A DNA stretch of 64,000 nucleotides from Lingula anatina (lineage: Eukaryota > Animalia > Brachiopoda). Positions 12,636 to 24,549 of this stretch are shown here, piece after piece. The position numbers and the translations under genes are program-made. Position 1 is the stretch's first letter. Each line of letters starts with the position of its first letter. The DNA lies in the NCBI GenBank assembly GCA_051362555.1, contig CM120642.1:5394001-5458000 (forward strand), given 5' to 3'. Under the pieces are notes generated by a model. That model was not told the origin of the DNA, did no database searches, and was given only the letters and a program-made list of their open reading frames with translations.

Positions 12636-15600
12636 TAATTGTACCACCAGCGTTAGCGCTGGCGGTACACATGGTTTCGGTCCCGTCCGGATCGTTCCGC
12701 CGGCTCCGCCAGCTCCGCCAGACGGCTACCGTTACCGCTTCTCCTCCTAGACGGTAAGGGCCCCCGTACCCATCTCATGGATTTAGGTCACCTATAATCT
12801 CAACTCGTTCCACGTAAAATTTGGGCTTTGTCGGTATTGGGGTCTGGGTGTGGCATTCATTACAATGCACCCTTGTCTAAAAATGGCAAAATTAAATGCT
12901 AATTATCTACCCTACGGAAGGAGTTATGGGAAAAATTTCTATAGACGGCTTTCCAAAAGTCATATGTGTAGATTTCAAATATACCCTTGGATTTGACCTT
13001 TGACCTTTACTTCAAGGTCAAATGGGTCAAAATTTTCAAAAAAATGAAATTTTTTACGAAAAAAATTTTTTTTTGCCCTGTTATTCAGACACTACACAGA
13101 CTTAACCAATAATATTATTGGAAAGTGTTACCCTTCAGGTCATCTTTCATCTCCATGAATTTGGGGTCAATCGGTGCATTTTCACGGGAGTAGCGGCCAT
13201 AAGGTACCGAAACTGAAAACTGTCTCTAATTCGGGAACCGTTAATGCTAGAGACCCATTCTTTTTTGCATTTTGTAGAGCATGTAAAGCCCAACACTGGG
13301 GGTGGTCTCGGTTTTTTTGTATTCCATACGGTTTTCGAGTTACGCTGTATCAAAAAGTACATATTGGTGGTAAAAGCAAAATGTGAGTACGGTAATGGAT
13401 AATAAATTTTGAACTCTGGAAAAATAAAACATAAGGCTTGGCAAAGCAGACAACTTGTGTTCAAAAATGACATTATTTCATCAAATTTGAACTTCTGAAA
13501 CTTCAGAGCACCTCCTATTTCAAGAATTTTGACCAAAATGACATTTTCTTTATTTTAATTAATTTTTTCTGTACGAAATTTAAGGCACATTATGGTAACT
13601 CCAAAATTATAACATTTAGTCCCTTATATCTCCAAAACTGGCAGAGATAGGTCCATAGTTACTATTGAAGTTGAATAGGAAGTCATATACTGGCAATCTT
13701 ACTGTGACCTTGAAATTGACCTTTGACCTACTTTTCACCATGAACTGAACTTTGCAAATTTTGCTTCCCTTTTATCTCCAAAACTGGCAGAGATAGGTCC
13801 ATAGTTACTATTGAACTTGAATAGGAAGTCATATACTGGCAATCTAAATGTGATCTTAAAATTGACCTTTGACCTACTTTTCACCATGAACTGAACTTTG
13901 CAAATTTTGCTTCCCTTTTATCTCCAAAACTGGCTGAGATAGGTCCATAGTTAGTATTGAACTTGAATAGGAAGTCATATACTGGCAATCTAAATGTGAC
14001 CTTGAAATTGACTTTTGACCTACTTTTCACCATGAACTGAACTTTGCAAATTTTGCTTCCCTTTTATCTCCAAAACTGGCAGAGATAGGTCCATAGTTAC
14101 TATTGAACTTGAATAGGAAGTCATATACTGGTAATCTATATGTGACCTTAAAATTGACCTTTGACCTACTTTTCACCATGAACTGAACTTTGCAAATTTT
14201 TCTTCCCTTTTATCTCCAAAACTGGCAGAGATAGGTCCATAGTTACTATTGAACTTGAATAGGAAGTCATATACTGGCAATCTAAATGTGACCTTAAAAT
14301 TGACCTTTGACCTACTTTACACCATGAACTGAATTTTGCAAATTTTGCTTTCCTTTTATCTCCAAAACTGGCTGAGATAGGCCCGTAGTTACTATTGAAC
14401 TTGAATAGAAAGTCATATACTGGCAATCTTACTGTGACCTTGAAATTGACCTTTGACCTACTTTTCACCATAAACTGAACTTTGCAAATTTTGCTTCCCT
14501 TTTATCTCCAAAACTGGCAGAGATAGGTCCATAGTTACTATTGAACTTGAATAGGAAGTCATATACTGGCAATATAAATGTGACATTAAAATTGACCTTT
14601 GACCTACTTTTCACCATAAACTGAACTTTGCAAATTTTGCTTCCCTTTTATTTCCAAAACTGGCAGAGATAGGTCCATAGTTACTATTGAACTTGAATAG
14701 GAAGTCATATACTGGCAATCTAAATGTGACCTTAAAATTGACCTTTGACCTACTTTTCACCATGAACTGAACTTTGCAAATTTTGCTTTCCTTTTATCTC
14801 CAAAACTGGCAGATATAGGTCCGTAGTTACTATTGAACTTGAATAGGAAGTCATATACTGGCAATCTAAATGTGACCTTAAAATTGACCTTTGACCTACT
14901 TTTCACCATGAACTGAACTTTGCAAATTTTGCTTCCCTTTTATCTCCAAAACTGGCAGAGATAGGTCCATAGTTACTATTGAACTTGAATAGGAAGTCAT
15001 ATACTGGCAATCTAAATGTGACCTTAAAATTGACCTTTGACCTACTTTTCACCATGAACTGAACTTTGCAAATTTTGCTTTCCTTTTATCTCCAAAACTG
15101 GCAGAGATAGTTCCATAGTTACTATTGAACTTGATAAGAGAGTCATATACTGGCAATCTAAATGTGACCTTGAAATTGACCTTTGACCTACTTTTCACCA
15201 TGAACTGAATTTTGCAAATTTTGCTTCCCTTTTATCTCCAAAACTGGCAGAGATAGGTCCATAGTTACTATTGAACTTGAATAGGAAGTCCTATACTGGC
15301 AATCTAAGTGTGACCTTGAATTTGACCTTTGACCTACTTTTTATCATGAAGTGAACTCTGCTAATTTCTTTCTCTTTTAACTTCAAACTTGACAGAGATA
15401 GGTCCATAGTTACTCTTGAACTTGAATAGGAAGTCATATACTGGCAATTTACTGTGACCTTGAAATTGACCCTTGACCTATCTTACAAAGAACTTAAATT
15501 TGATTGTACCATATATATTTTTTGCAATAGTTTAAAAATTCTTGTTGATTGCATTTTTACAGCTTGTCAAGCACAAAACTGGTGGCTGTGTGTCCCTTAT

Positions 15601-15689
15601 TTTGTGTATGTGGGGGTCTATACGAATGCGCTTGCTCCAGCTGGTGGTACAATATTCGGAGGCGGTATCGCCTCTCTGATCCTCTAGTT
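12636..15689 (+). mobile_element. Non-autonomous Helentron-type element (HINE/DINE-1-like), copy 1, with central 146-bp tandem array
   Basis: 5' hairpin tgtaccaccagcg-ttag-cgctggcggtaca, GC-rich 9-bp microrepeat, central array, 3' inverted subTIR gctggtggtacaat, 3' stem-loop gaggcg-gtat-cgcctc, terminal ctagtt; no TSD; second copy at 20306. Confidence 0.88.
13621..15480 (+). repeat. 146-bp tandem array, about 13 units
   Basis: tccaaaactggcagagatagg recurs at 13631, 13777, 13923 ... 15237, with a variant last unit at about 15383. Confidence 0.97.
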
Positions 15690-18464
15690 CAAATTTTATA
15701 TTTAATATCATCTATGGAAATGAAAGATTAGAATAATATTTTTAGACCATGTTTCCAGCTTAAACCTACATATTTTTGTATTTTGAATCTGTACATTTTT
15801 AGAACCATTCAAATGCCTTAGGAAACCGGACACCACAGCTGCCATGATCAGAATGTAACGTGTGGTGATCACAAAAGAATTGTGAACATCTCCATAACAA
15901 ATGATCTCTATAGCAAATGACCCCCGGCCTCCTGCTGATAAAGGCAGCAGCATGTAAGTATGATATCTTAATGGTGATATTTATTTGAATTTTTCAGAAT
16001 ATTTTAAATTGCTGCATTCCGCAGATAGAAGATCTCCTTACCAGCCTCAGTGATTCTGGTGATGGGCCAAATGGCACCTTGAGGAAATATTTCTTTACAT
16101 CCAGGAGTGGCACATTGAGTGAAGAAACTGAAGCAACTGACAATACAAGAAAGCTTTTTTCCAAGAATTTCTAGGAAAGGCAACATAATGTTAGGCTATA
16201 CATACACCAAATATATCAGGTATGTGGACAGTATTCAGTTAAAACCTACTTTAATTTCTTTCATAGTCTTTCACTTTATTATCTAATTTATCAAAAAAAA
16301 AAAAAGACAAAAAATGGATCAAGGTACCTTAATTTTGTTACTGAGTGCTTGGTTAGATGTAGAGCAAAGGAAAAACACCTATACCAGATTAACATTTTGT
16401 TACTTTGAAACATTTTTAACACTCAAGATAATTTTGACACTTATATTGATAATTTACTTTACATCTTAGAAAATTTAAGTATAGTTTAAGATTTCTCCTG
16501 CATATGGATATTATATTTGATGGTTCATAGCAAAGATGGTTAATGATTTTGCAAAGTTGTTATTTTTCCGTCCGGTATATTAAATATTCCTCTTTTTTCA
16601 TATTGTCATTTTTAAAAGCAGAACTATGTTGAATTTCAATTGGCCATGGTATAGGGGGTATATTATAATACTGGCACTTATGCTTTCGTTATCATTATCA
16701 TTGGAGAGGGGGGTTGTAATTATATATTTTATCAAATTCTTTTTTCATTATATCTTTTCTAAGATGATATAAGCATGGCTTAATTCACTATAGTAAAATA
16801 ACATGTCGCTATAAAATGATTGATGATATAAATATACAGAAAATGATAATGCCTTTTTTTCTCATTTTGTGAATCAGAATGTTGAAGATAAATTTATGAA
16901 GAAAAACTTGATATATAATTTTGAGTCTTTTGTTATCATAGGCATGCATAGGCACATGTGTGTGTATGTGTGTCAGGGATTTGCACGTAGAGGGTTTTAT
17001 ATTTTTACCATAAGCGGCAGATGTATTTCCCTGAAAAGTGCAATAAAATACTAATGACAAAGATGCATTCAAAGTAATGTGGTATAAATGTACAACTTAA
17101 TAGCAGTCTGCAAAATAGAAAGGAATTTGCAATTCATGAACCAAGGAACAACACGCTTATTAAACTAGCTACAAAGGATCTATTGCCTAAGTCCCAGCAT
17201 GTGGATGTTGCTCCTGTTGTTTGAAGTTCTGCTTCTGTAACTCACTAAAAATCAGATTGTGATGTTGCACATACATTTTGTTATTGAATCAGAGTTTATT
17301 ACAACGCCTACCATTTGCAATTTTTTTTTCTTTTTTGAATCAGTTATTTTGATCTTCTTTGTTACATTAAAATGCAACCTAAGGAGACAATCAATAATCA
17401 CTGACATTTTGGTAATTTTTTCATGATTTTTATAAATCACAGGAAATATAGGCATCAGTAGTAAATCAATCATCATAGCCATTTGAGTTCCTCTTTGAAC
17501 TTAAAATATAATATGTATGAAGTTCATATTGCCATTGTATATTTTGATAAAAGCTACTTGCAGCTAAAAACAAGCTAAATAAACATTTCGCAGCACTATT
17601 TCTAAAATAGTTCAATGGAGGTAAATGATAAAAAAGTGCATAAAGTATGCGTCAGTTAAAACCATCCGAACATTTTGCCAAGGTTGCGTTTAAGGCTGAA
17701 TAAAAACCTAGTGTCATATCTAAGACCTAATTACAGTTCACTCAGCTGTTCATTGGCACTTGCGGAAAACGAAATGAATATTCATGGAAATATTTCACTG
17801 TTACTGGTAAATCGCAGGAAATGATGGAGACAGTAGGTACATTACGATGTGTGTGGTGCGTTTTGACATTATTCCTCACTAAAGCCATCTGCTTTTATTT
17901 ATCGCACTTTTTTTTAGATCATTCTTACATTTGCCATAACAATAAAATTATTATTATTTATTTTTTTATTAATTTACTCACACAAAATAGAATTGAGGAA
18001 TTTATTCATTCATTTTTTATTTTGTTCAAATTTAATGAGTTATAACCAAAAACGTATACCAAAAGATGTGATAGTTTCATTGATCAGACCCATTCTGTTA
18101 TATTATATGTGTATTTCGATTGTTTGTTTCTTTATTGTTTCCTTTCTTTCTCTTTTTCTGTATGTTGTGATGCAGACTAGCCATAAAAAGACAAAAGAAT
18201 TATATTGTCTTTATCTTCAGAACACTGTCAGCTAATGTTCTAGTCTTGTGTGTGTATAGTCAGTCACAGATTTCCTTTACTGTGGTGAGCAAATTGAATA
18301 TACATGTATTGCTGAAACATTAGAGCAGGATTTTAAGCGTGACAGGATAGCATGATGGATTGATTGATTACAGTTGCTGTGCAGTTATTGGGACATCAGC
18401 AGGATAAGCCAACAGTTAGACAAGGAATATGTTAGACTGGGTTCCCATACCTAGATCGATCTTA

Positions 18465-18777
18465 GGGACCATTCAGATTGAGAAGAGCTGAGTGCTAGCT
18501 AGGCCATGACCTAAATATGGTGGACCTACATGAAAGGAAGACAGCTTAATCCTGTAATGGTCTCTCTGCCTCTCACACACCTCTCCACGTGTCGAATCTT
18601 GATTGGTTGAATTGAGCCGAGATTTAATTACTGTGCCCCTGCAGGGATGACGCGTGGGGAGGCATGTGAGAGACAGAGAGACCATTACAGGATTAAGTGG
18701 TCTTCCTTTCATGTAGGTCCACCATATTAAGGTTGTGGCCTAGTTAGCACTCGGCTCTTCTTGATCTGAATGGGGCC
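18465..18777. mobile_element. Foldback MITE with ~130-bp inverted arms, PIF/Harbinger-like
   Basis: 18465-18593 is the reverse complement of 18648-18777 with scattered mismatches; flanked by TTA and TAA. Confidence 0.75.
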
Positions 18778-20305
18778 TAACAGGATTGATCCATCTCAGA
18801 GGGGTTTCTCGCTAAATTGTTTTCAGCTAAAAGCAGCTTAGGTGTCTGTCACACCTCCTGAAGCTGCTAAACGATAATTAATTACCCCCTTACAGCTTCA
18901 GTAGGCATGACAGATATCTAGGCTGCTTAAGTCAATTGATTGCAATCAAGCGAGAATAGATTGATCCACAGTTAGTATGATAGGGTCTGTGAATGGTCCC
19001 TTAGACTTCATGAAAATCAACCTAGCCAAAAGCATCAGCTGGATGCCATGAAGGATGTCTGTTAGGCCAGCTAAACTTTTTACTGAATCAGTGAATTATT
19101 CAAAAAATGATAGATCTAAACGAGCTCTATTTGTACTTTTTATAATTAGGCTATGCGAATTCTCTAAGCAATTTGACAGATTTTTGTATGCAAGGGAGAT
19201 TCGATGGCCAAATGCTTGGAAACAATAGGGAATGGAATACAGAATTTGAGAAAGACCCTTTTTAGTCATGATTGCCATTTTAAATTGTCCTAGTCTGAAC
19301 GCAGCTTTAGGTGTGAAAATAGAAACATCAGTGTAGGGCTAATGTCTGAGAATTGCTCAGGAAACCACTAATGGTATTATCTGGTATGGATTTTAATGTT
19401 AAAGATGTATAAGAATAACATCTCGCTGCATTGGGTTTAAAACAATCTTGTCTATCAATTATGCCATTTAAAACTGGTTTTATGTAGCTATGCAGATCAG
19501 TGTGAAGTAATACCTGCCATATACTAATTGTGATCCAAATTTTTCATTCTTTTTAAAGGTTTAGCTCTCAATGAAAAGTTTTGAGTAATCTGTTTTTATG
19601 TTATCAATTTATTAATCTATTTATTTATTGTGGAACAGACAACTTTTCATCAATCAGAGGGGCATTTTTTTCTGGCATGGATTTCACAACTCATTTTGTA
19701 AGTTGTTAAGTACACTTTGGTTTTAGGGTGATGATCTGAACAACATATTCTATGGACAAGTATCCCTTTAGAACCTTGTCTTGATTTACCAGGAAAATGT
19801 TTCAAATGATCTGAATGGTAGCACACATTCTTATTTTTAATAGGTTTTATTGAAAAGATTGCAGGGGTGATGTCAGTGCTGATTACACTAAAAGGGGTGA
19901 CTTTATTGGTGGTTACAGGTGCTCTCCTTAAGTTCCATTCTCTCTGCAACAGGAAGGTTTTAAAACTATAATGTCAGGAATACATTATATGAAGTTAACT
20001 CCTGCACAGCCTCACAACGGTTAAAAACATTGTAAACACCAATTGGGCTCAATTTTCATTTCACATACAGAAAAAGAATCTGTGCTTCCTGTCATGCAAG
20101 GCCCATTGTTGGCCAAGCTTAAATTACAGCAAAAGAAATTATTGATTGCATTACACCAGACAAATACTATGTAGTAAAAGAAAGAAATGGTTTTGCATGA
20201 CTGCTGTGTGTAGAATGCTGAAATTGTGATGTAGATGAAGCATGATATTTGAGGCGGGGTATACTAGGGTACACTTACATTTTTAAAAAAACGTACTAAA
20301 CCCAG

Positions 20306-23093
20306 TAATTGTACCACCAGCGTTAGCGCTGGCGGTACACATGGTTTCGGTCCCGTCCGGATCGTTCCGCCGGCTCCGCCGGCTCCGTTGGCTCCGCCGG
20401 CTCCGCCGGCTCCGCCGGACGGCTACCGTTACCGCTTCTCCTCCTAGACGGTAAGGGCCCCCGTACCCATCTCATGGATTTAGGTCACCTATAGTCTCAA
20501 CTCGTTCCACGTAAAATTTGGGCTTTGTCGGTATTGGGGTCTGGGTGTGGCACTCATTGCAATGCACCCTTGTCTAAAAATGGCAAAATTAAATGCTAAT
20601 TATCTACCCTACGGAAGGAGTTATGGGAAAAATTTCTATAGACGGCTTTCCAAAAGTCATATGTGTAGATTTCAAATATACCCTTGGATTTGACCTTTGA
20701 CCTTTACTTCAAGGTCAAATGGGCCAAAATTTTCAAAAAAATTAAATTTTTTACGAAAAAAAATTTTTTTTGCCCTGTTATTCAGACACCACACAGACTT
20801 AACCAATAATATTATTGGAAGGTGTTACCCTTCAGGTCATCTTTCATCTCCATGAATTTGGGGTCAATCGGTGCATTTTCACGGGAGTAGCGGCCATAAG
20901 ATACCGAAACTGAAAACTGTCTCTAATTCGGGAACCGTTAATGCTAGAGACCCATTCTTTTTTGCATTTTGTAGAGCATGTAAAGCCCAACACTGGAGGT
21001 GGTCTCGGTTTTTTTGTATTCCATACGGTTTTCGAGTTACGCTGTATCAAAAAGTACATATTGGTGGTAAAAGCAAAATGTGCAATACGGTAATGGATAA
21101 TAAATTTTGAACTCTGGAAAAATAAAACATAAGGCTTGGCAAAGCAGACAACTTGTGTTCAAAAATGACATTATTTCATCAAATTTGAACTTCTGAAACT
21201 TCAGAGCACCTCCTATTTCAAGAATTTTGACCAAAATGACATTTTCTTTATTTTAATTAATTTTTTCTGTACGAAATTTAAGGCACATTATGGTAACTCC
21301 AAAATTATAACATTTAGTCCCTTATATCTCCAAAACTGGCAGAGATAGGTCCATAGTTACTATTGAAGTTGAATAGGAAGTCATATACTGGCAATCTTAC
21401 TATGACCTTGAAAGTGACCTTTGACCTACTTTTCACCATGAACTGAACTTTGCAAATTTTTCTTCCCTTTTATCTCCAAAACTGGCAGAGATAGGTCCAT
21501 AGTTACTATTGAAGTTGAATAGGAAGTCATATACTGGCAATCTTACTATGACCTTAAAATTGACCTTTGACCTACTTTTCACCATGAACTGAACTTTGCA
21601 AATTTTTCTTCCCTTTTATCTCCAAAACTGGCAGAGATAGGTCCATAGTTACTATTGAACTTGAATAGGAAGTCATATACTGGCAATCTAAATGTGACCT
21701 TAAAATTGACCTTTGACCTACTTTTCACCATGAACTGAACTTTGCAAATTTTGCTTCCCTTTTATCTCCAAAACTGGCAGAGATAGGTCCATAGTTACTA
21801 TTGAACTTGAATAGGAAGTCATATACTGGTAATCTATATGTGACCTTAAAATTGACCTTTGACCTACTTTTCACCATGAACTGAACTTTGCAAATTTTTC
21901 TTCCCTTTTATCTCCAAAAATGGCAGAGATAGGTCCATAGTTACTATTGAACTTGAATAGGAAGTCATATACTGGCAATCTAAATGTGACCTTAAAATTG
22001 ACCTTTGACCTACTTTTCACCATGAACTGAACTTTGCAAATTTTTCTTCCCTTTTATCTCCAAAACTGGCTGAGATAGGTCCATAGTTACTATTGAAGTT
22101 GAATAGGAAGTCATATACTGGCAATCTTACTATGACCTTGAAAGTGACCTTTGACCTACTTTTCACCATGAACTGAACTTTGCAAATTTTTCTTCCCTTT
22201 TATCTCCAAAACTGGCAGAGATAGGTCCATAGTTACTATTGAACTTGAATAGGAAGTCATATACTGGCAATCTAAATGTGACCTTAAAATTGACCTTTGA
22301 CCTACTTTACACCATAAACTGAACTTTGCAAAATTTGCTTCCCTTTTATCTCCAAAACTGGCAGAGATAGGTCCATAGTTACTATTGAACTTGAATAGGA
22401 AGTCATATACTGGCAATCTAAATGTGACCTTAAAATTGACCTTTGACCTACTTTACACCATGAACTGAATTTTGCAAATTTTGCTTTCCTTTTATCTCCA
22501 AAACTGGCTGAGATAGGTCCGTAGTTACTATTGAACTTGAATAGGAAGTCATATACTGGCATTATAAATGTGACATTAAAATTGACCTTTGTCCTACTTT
22601 TCACCATAAACTGAACTTTGCAAATTTTGCTTCCCTTTTATCTCCAAAACTGGCAGAGATAGGTCCATAGTTACTATTGAACTTGAATAGAAAGTCATAT
22701 ACTGGCAATCTAAATGTGACCTTGAAATTGACCTTTGACCTACTTTTTATCATGAACTGAACTCTGCTAATTTCTTTCTCTTTTAACTTCAAACTTGACA
22801 GAGATAGGTCCATAGTTACTCTTGAACTTGAATAGGAAGTCATATACTGGCAATTTACTGTGACCTTGAAATTGACCCTTGACCTACCTTACGAAGAACT
22901 TAAATTTGATTGTACCATATATATTTTTTGCAATAGTTTAAAAATTCTTGTTGATTGCATTTTTACAGCTTGTCAAGCACAAAACTGGTGGCTATGTCCC
23001 TTATTTTGTGTATGTGGGGGTCTATACGAATGCGCTTGCTCCAGCTGGTGGTACAATATTCGGAGGCGGTATCGCCTCTCTGATCCTCTAGTT
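20306..23093 (+). mobile_element. Non-autonomous Helentron-type element, copy 2
   Basis: Near-identical to 12636-15689 from taattgtacc to ctagtt; flanks unrelated; two fewer 146-bp units and a longer 9-bp microrepeat. Confidence 0.88.
21319..22886 (+). repeat. 146-bp tandem array, about 11 units
   Basis: Unit marker at 21329, 21475 ... 22643, variant last unit at about 22789. Confidence 0.97.
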
Positions 23094-23639
23094 TTAAACT
23101 GAAAATGGCTCAATTTCTTTCCTGGGAGTTTTTTCAGATACAATATAGCATTTCTTGGAAAGGGGTATATTAAGCATCCTAAGGCAGGGCAGTATCAAAT
23201 AATGAATCTAATTTTGGGTGTTTACCATTTATGAATAATTGCGTATTAGTGATGTTAATTCCCAGGTATTTACAGGTCTGTAAGGAAGTATTTATCCTAA
23301 ATCATATACTGTACATTAGAAAGATTAGCATGCAGGCAGGTGAACGCATATGGAATTGATATCTTTAACTTGTGATGACGTTTGAACTTCTATTTTTGTA
23401 AATGTGAGGACTATTTCTCAGTTCCCATTTGAATGCAATAAATGGCATCAGTTAACCTTATCACAGTTTATACTAACCATTATTATTTTTATTATTATTA
23501 TTAATGCTATGCTGTTGCGGTTTACTGAAGTAATGAATAAGGAGTAAATGAATGCAGTTGACTTAGTTTATAACTATATTTATATTAGACTAAGTATGCT
23601 GGTCAAGTTGGAAGTTAGTAATATTATGGCTTGCTATAT

Positions 23640-23765
23640 GTCTGTCCAAATTTTCTGTCTGTCTGTTTGTCCACCCACCTGTCTGTCTGTCCACCTATCT
23701 GTATGTCTGCCCATTTGCCTAATTGTCTGTCTCTATGGAAAGTCAGCTGTCTGCCTCACAGTCTG
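23640..23765 (+). repeat. Degenerate (TGTC)n simple repeat
   Basis: ctgtctgtctgtttgtccacccacctgtctgtctgtcc... Confidence 0.6.
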
Positions 23766-24518
23766 CATGCATAAAAGTACCGAGTTTCTGTTTTTATTGG
23801 GGGGGGGGGGGGAGGAAGACACATGCACATATACTGTGTTTATATGTGTTCGGATGTTTGCTGTACAACTGCATGAACAAGTACATTAAGATTAGTAGAT
23901 CATCAACATTTTTCTGAACTTTCTTTCCAAAAAAAAAAAAAAGCATTGCCATGCTGCCCATTCATCATGGCTGCTGTCTTTTTACATTGCCTACAGACTA
24001 TTCTTACTGTATGAAGCCAGACCAGACCAATAAATGGCGAGTTGTTATTTACTTTTCTTGCCATGGAAAGCAATCCCAGAAATAATAGATTCCCACAGTT
24101 TCTTTTATTAGATTTTGCCTTCCAGCAGATTGCCCATTAAGTTACAATGCATGAGCTCCTCACACACAAAGTGTTATCTGGATCAGTCTTGAACTGGGCA
24201 TGTGTTGAATGGAACTGCTTCAAATGGTCTCAATTCATAGTTCAAAATTTCAGTACTTATTGTAGTTCAACTTAATGAAATGTTGTCCCTGTTTTATGGT
24301 AGAAAATATGCAGCTTATGTTTCAGACAGACACTGATTTTAATAACGAAGACATTATACTACATGTATCTACTGTATATTTGTATTTATCTTAATTGAAC
24401 TAATGTAAAGTTTAGGCCCATTTTCAGAATTAAATATGACTTATTGCCGTCAACTTCAGAGTCAAAACCTTACAGTTAGGAACCCTTAAACACAGACCAA
24501 ATTTGAATATGATTATGA

Positions 24519-24549
<31 letters not shown>

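Noticed and set aside
13621-15480. CRISPR-like array
   Set aside because: Units are contiguous full-length repeats with no unique spacers, in eukaryotic intron-containing DNA with no cas genes.
15998-16175. Open frame NILNCCIPQIEDLLTSLSDSGDG...SKNF* after an acceptor-like site
   Set aside because: No compatible upstream coding exon and no recognisable domain; kept only as a possible UTR exon.
13147-23102. Duplicated ORFs (13147-13536, 14166-14471, 20844-21234, 22156-22843 and others)
   Set aside because: They lie within the two element copies and their 146-bp arrays; no Rep/helicase or other domain motif; the recurrence is explained by the DNA repeat.
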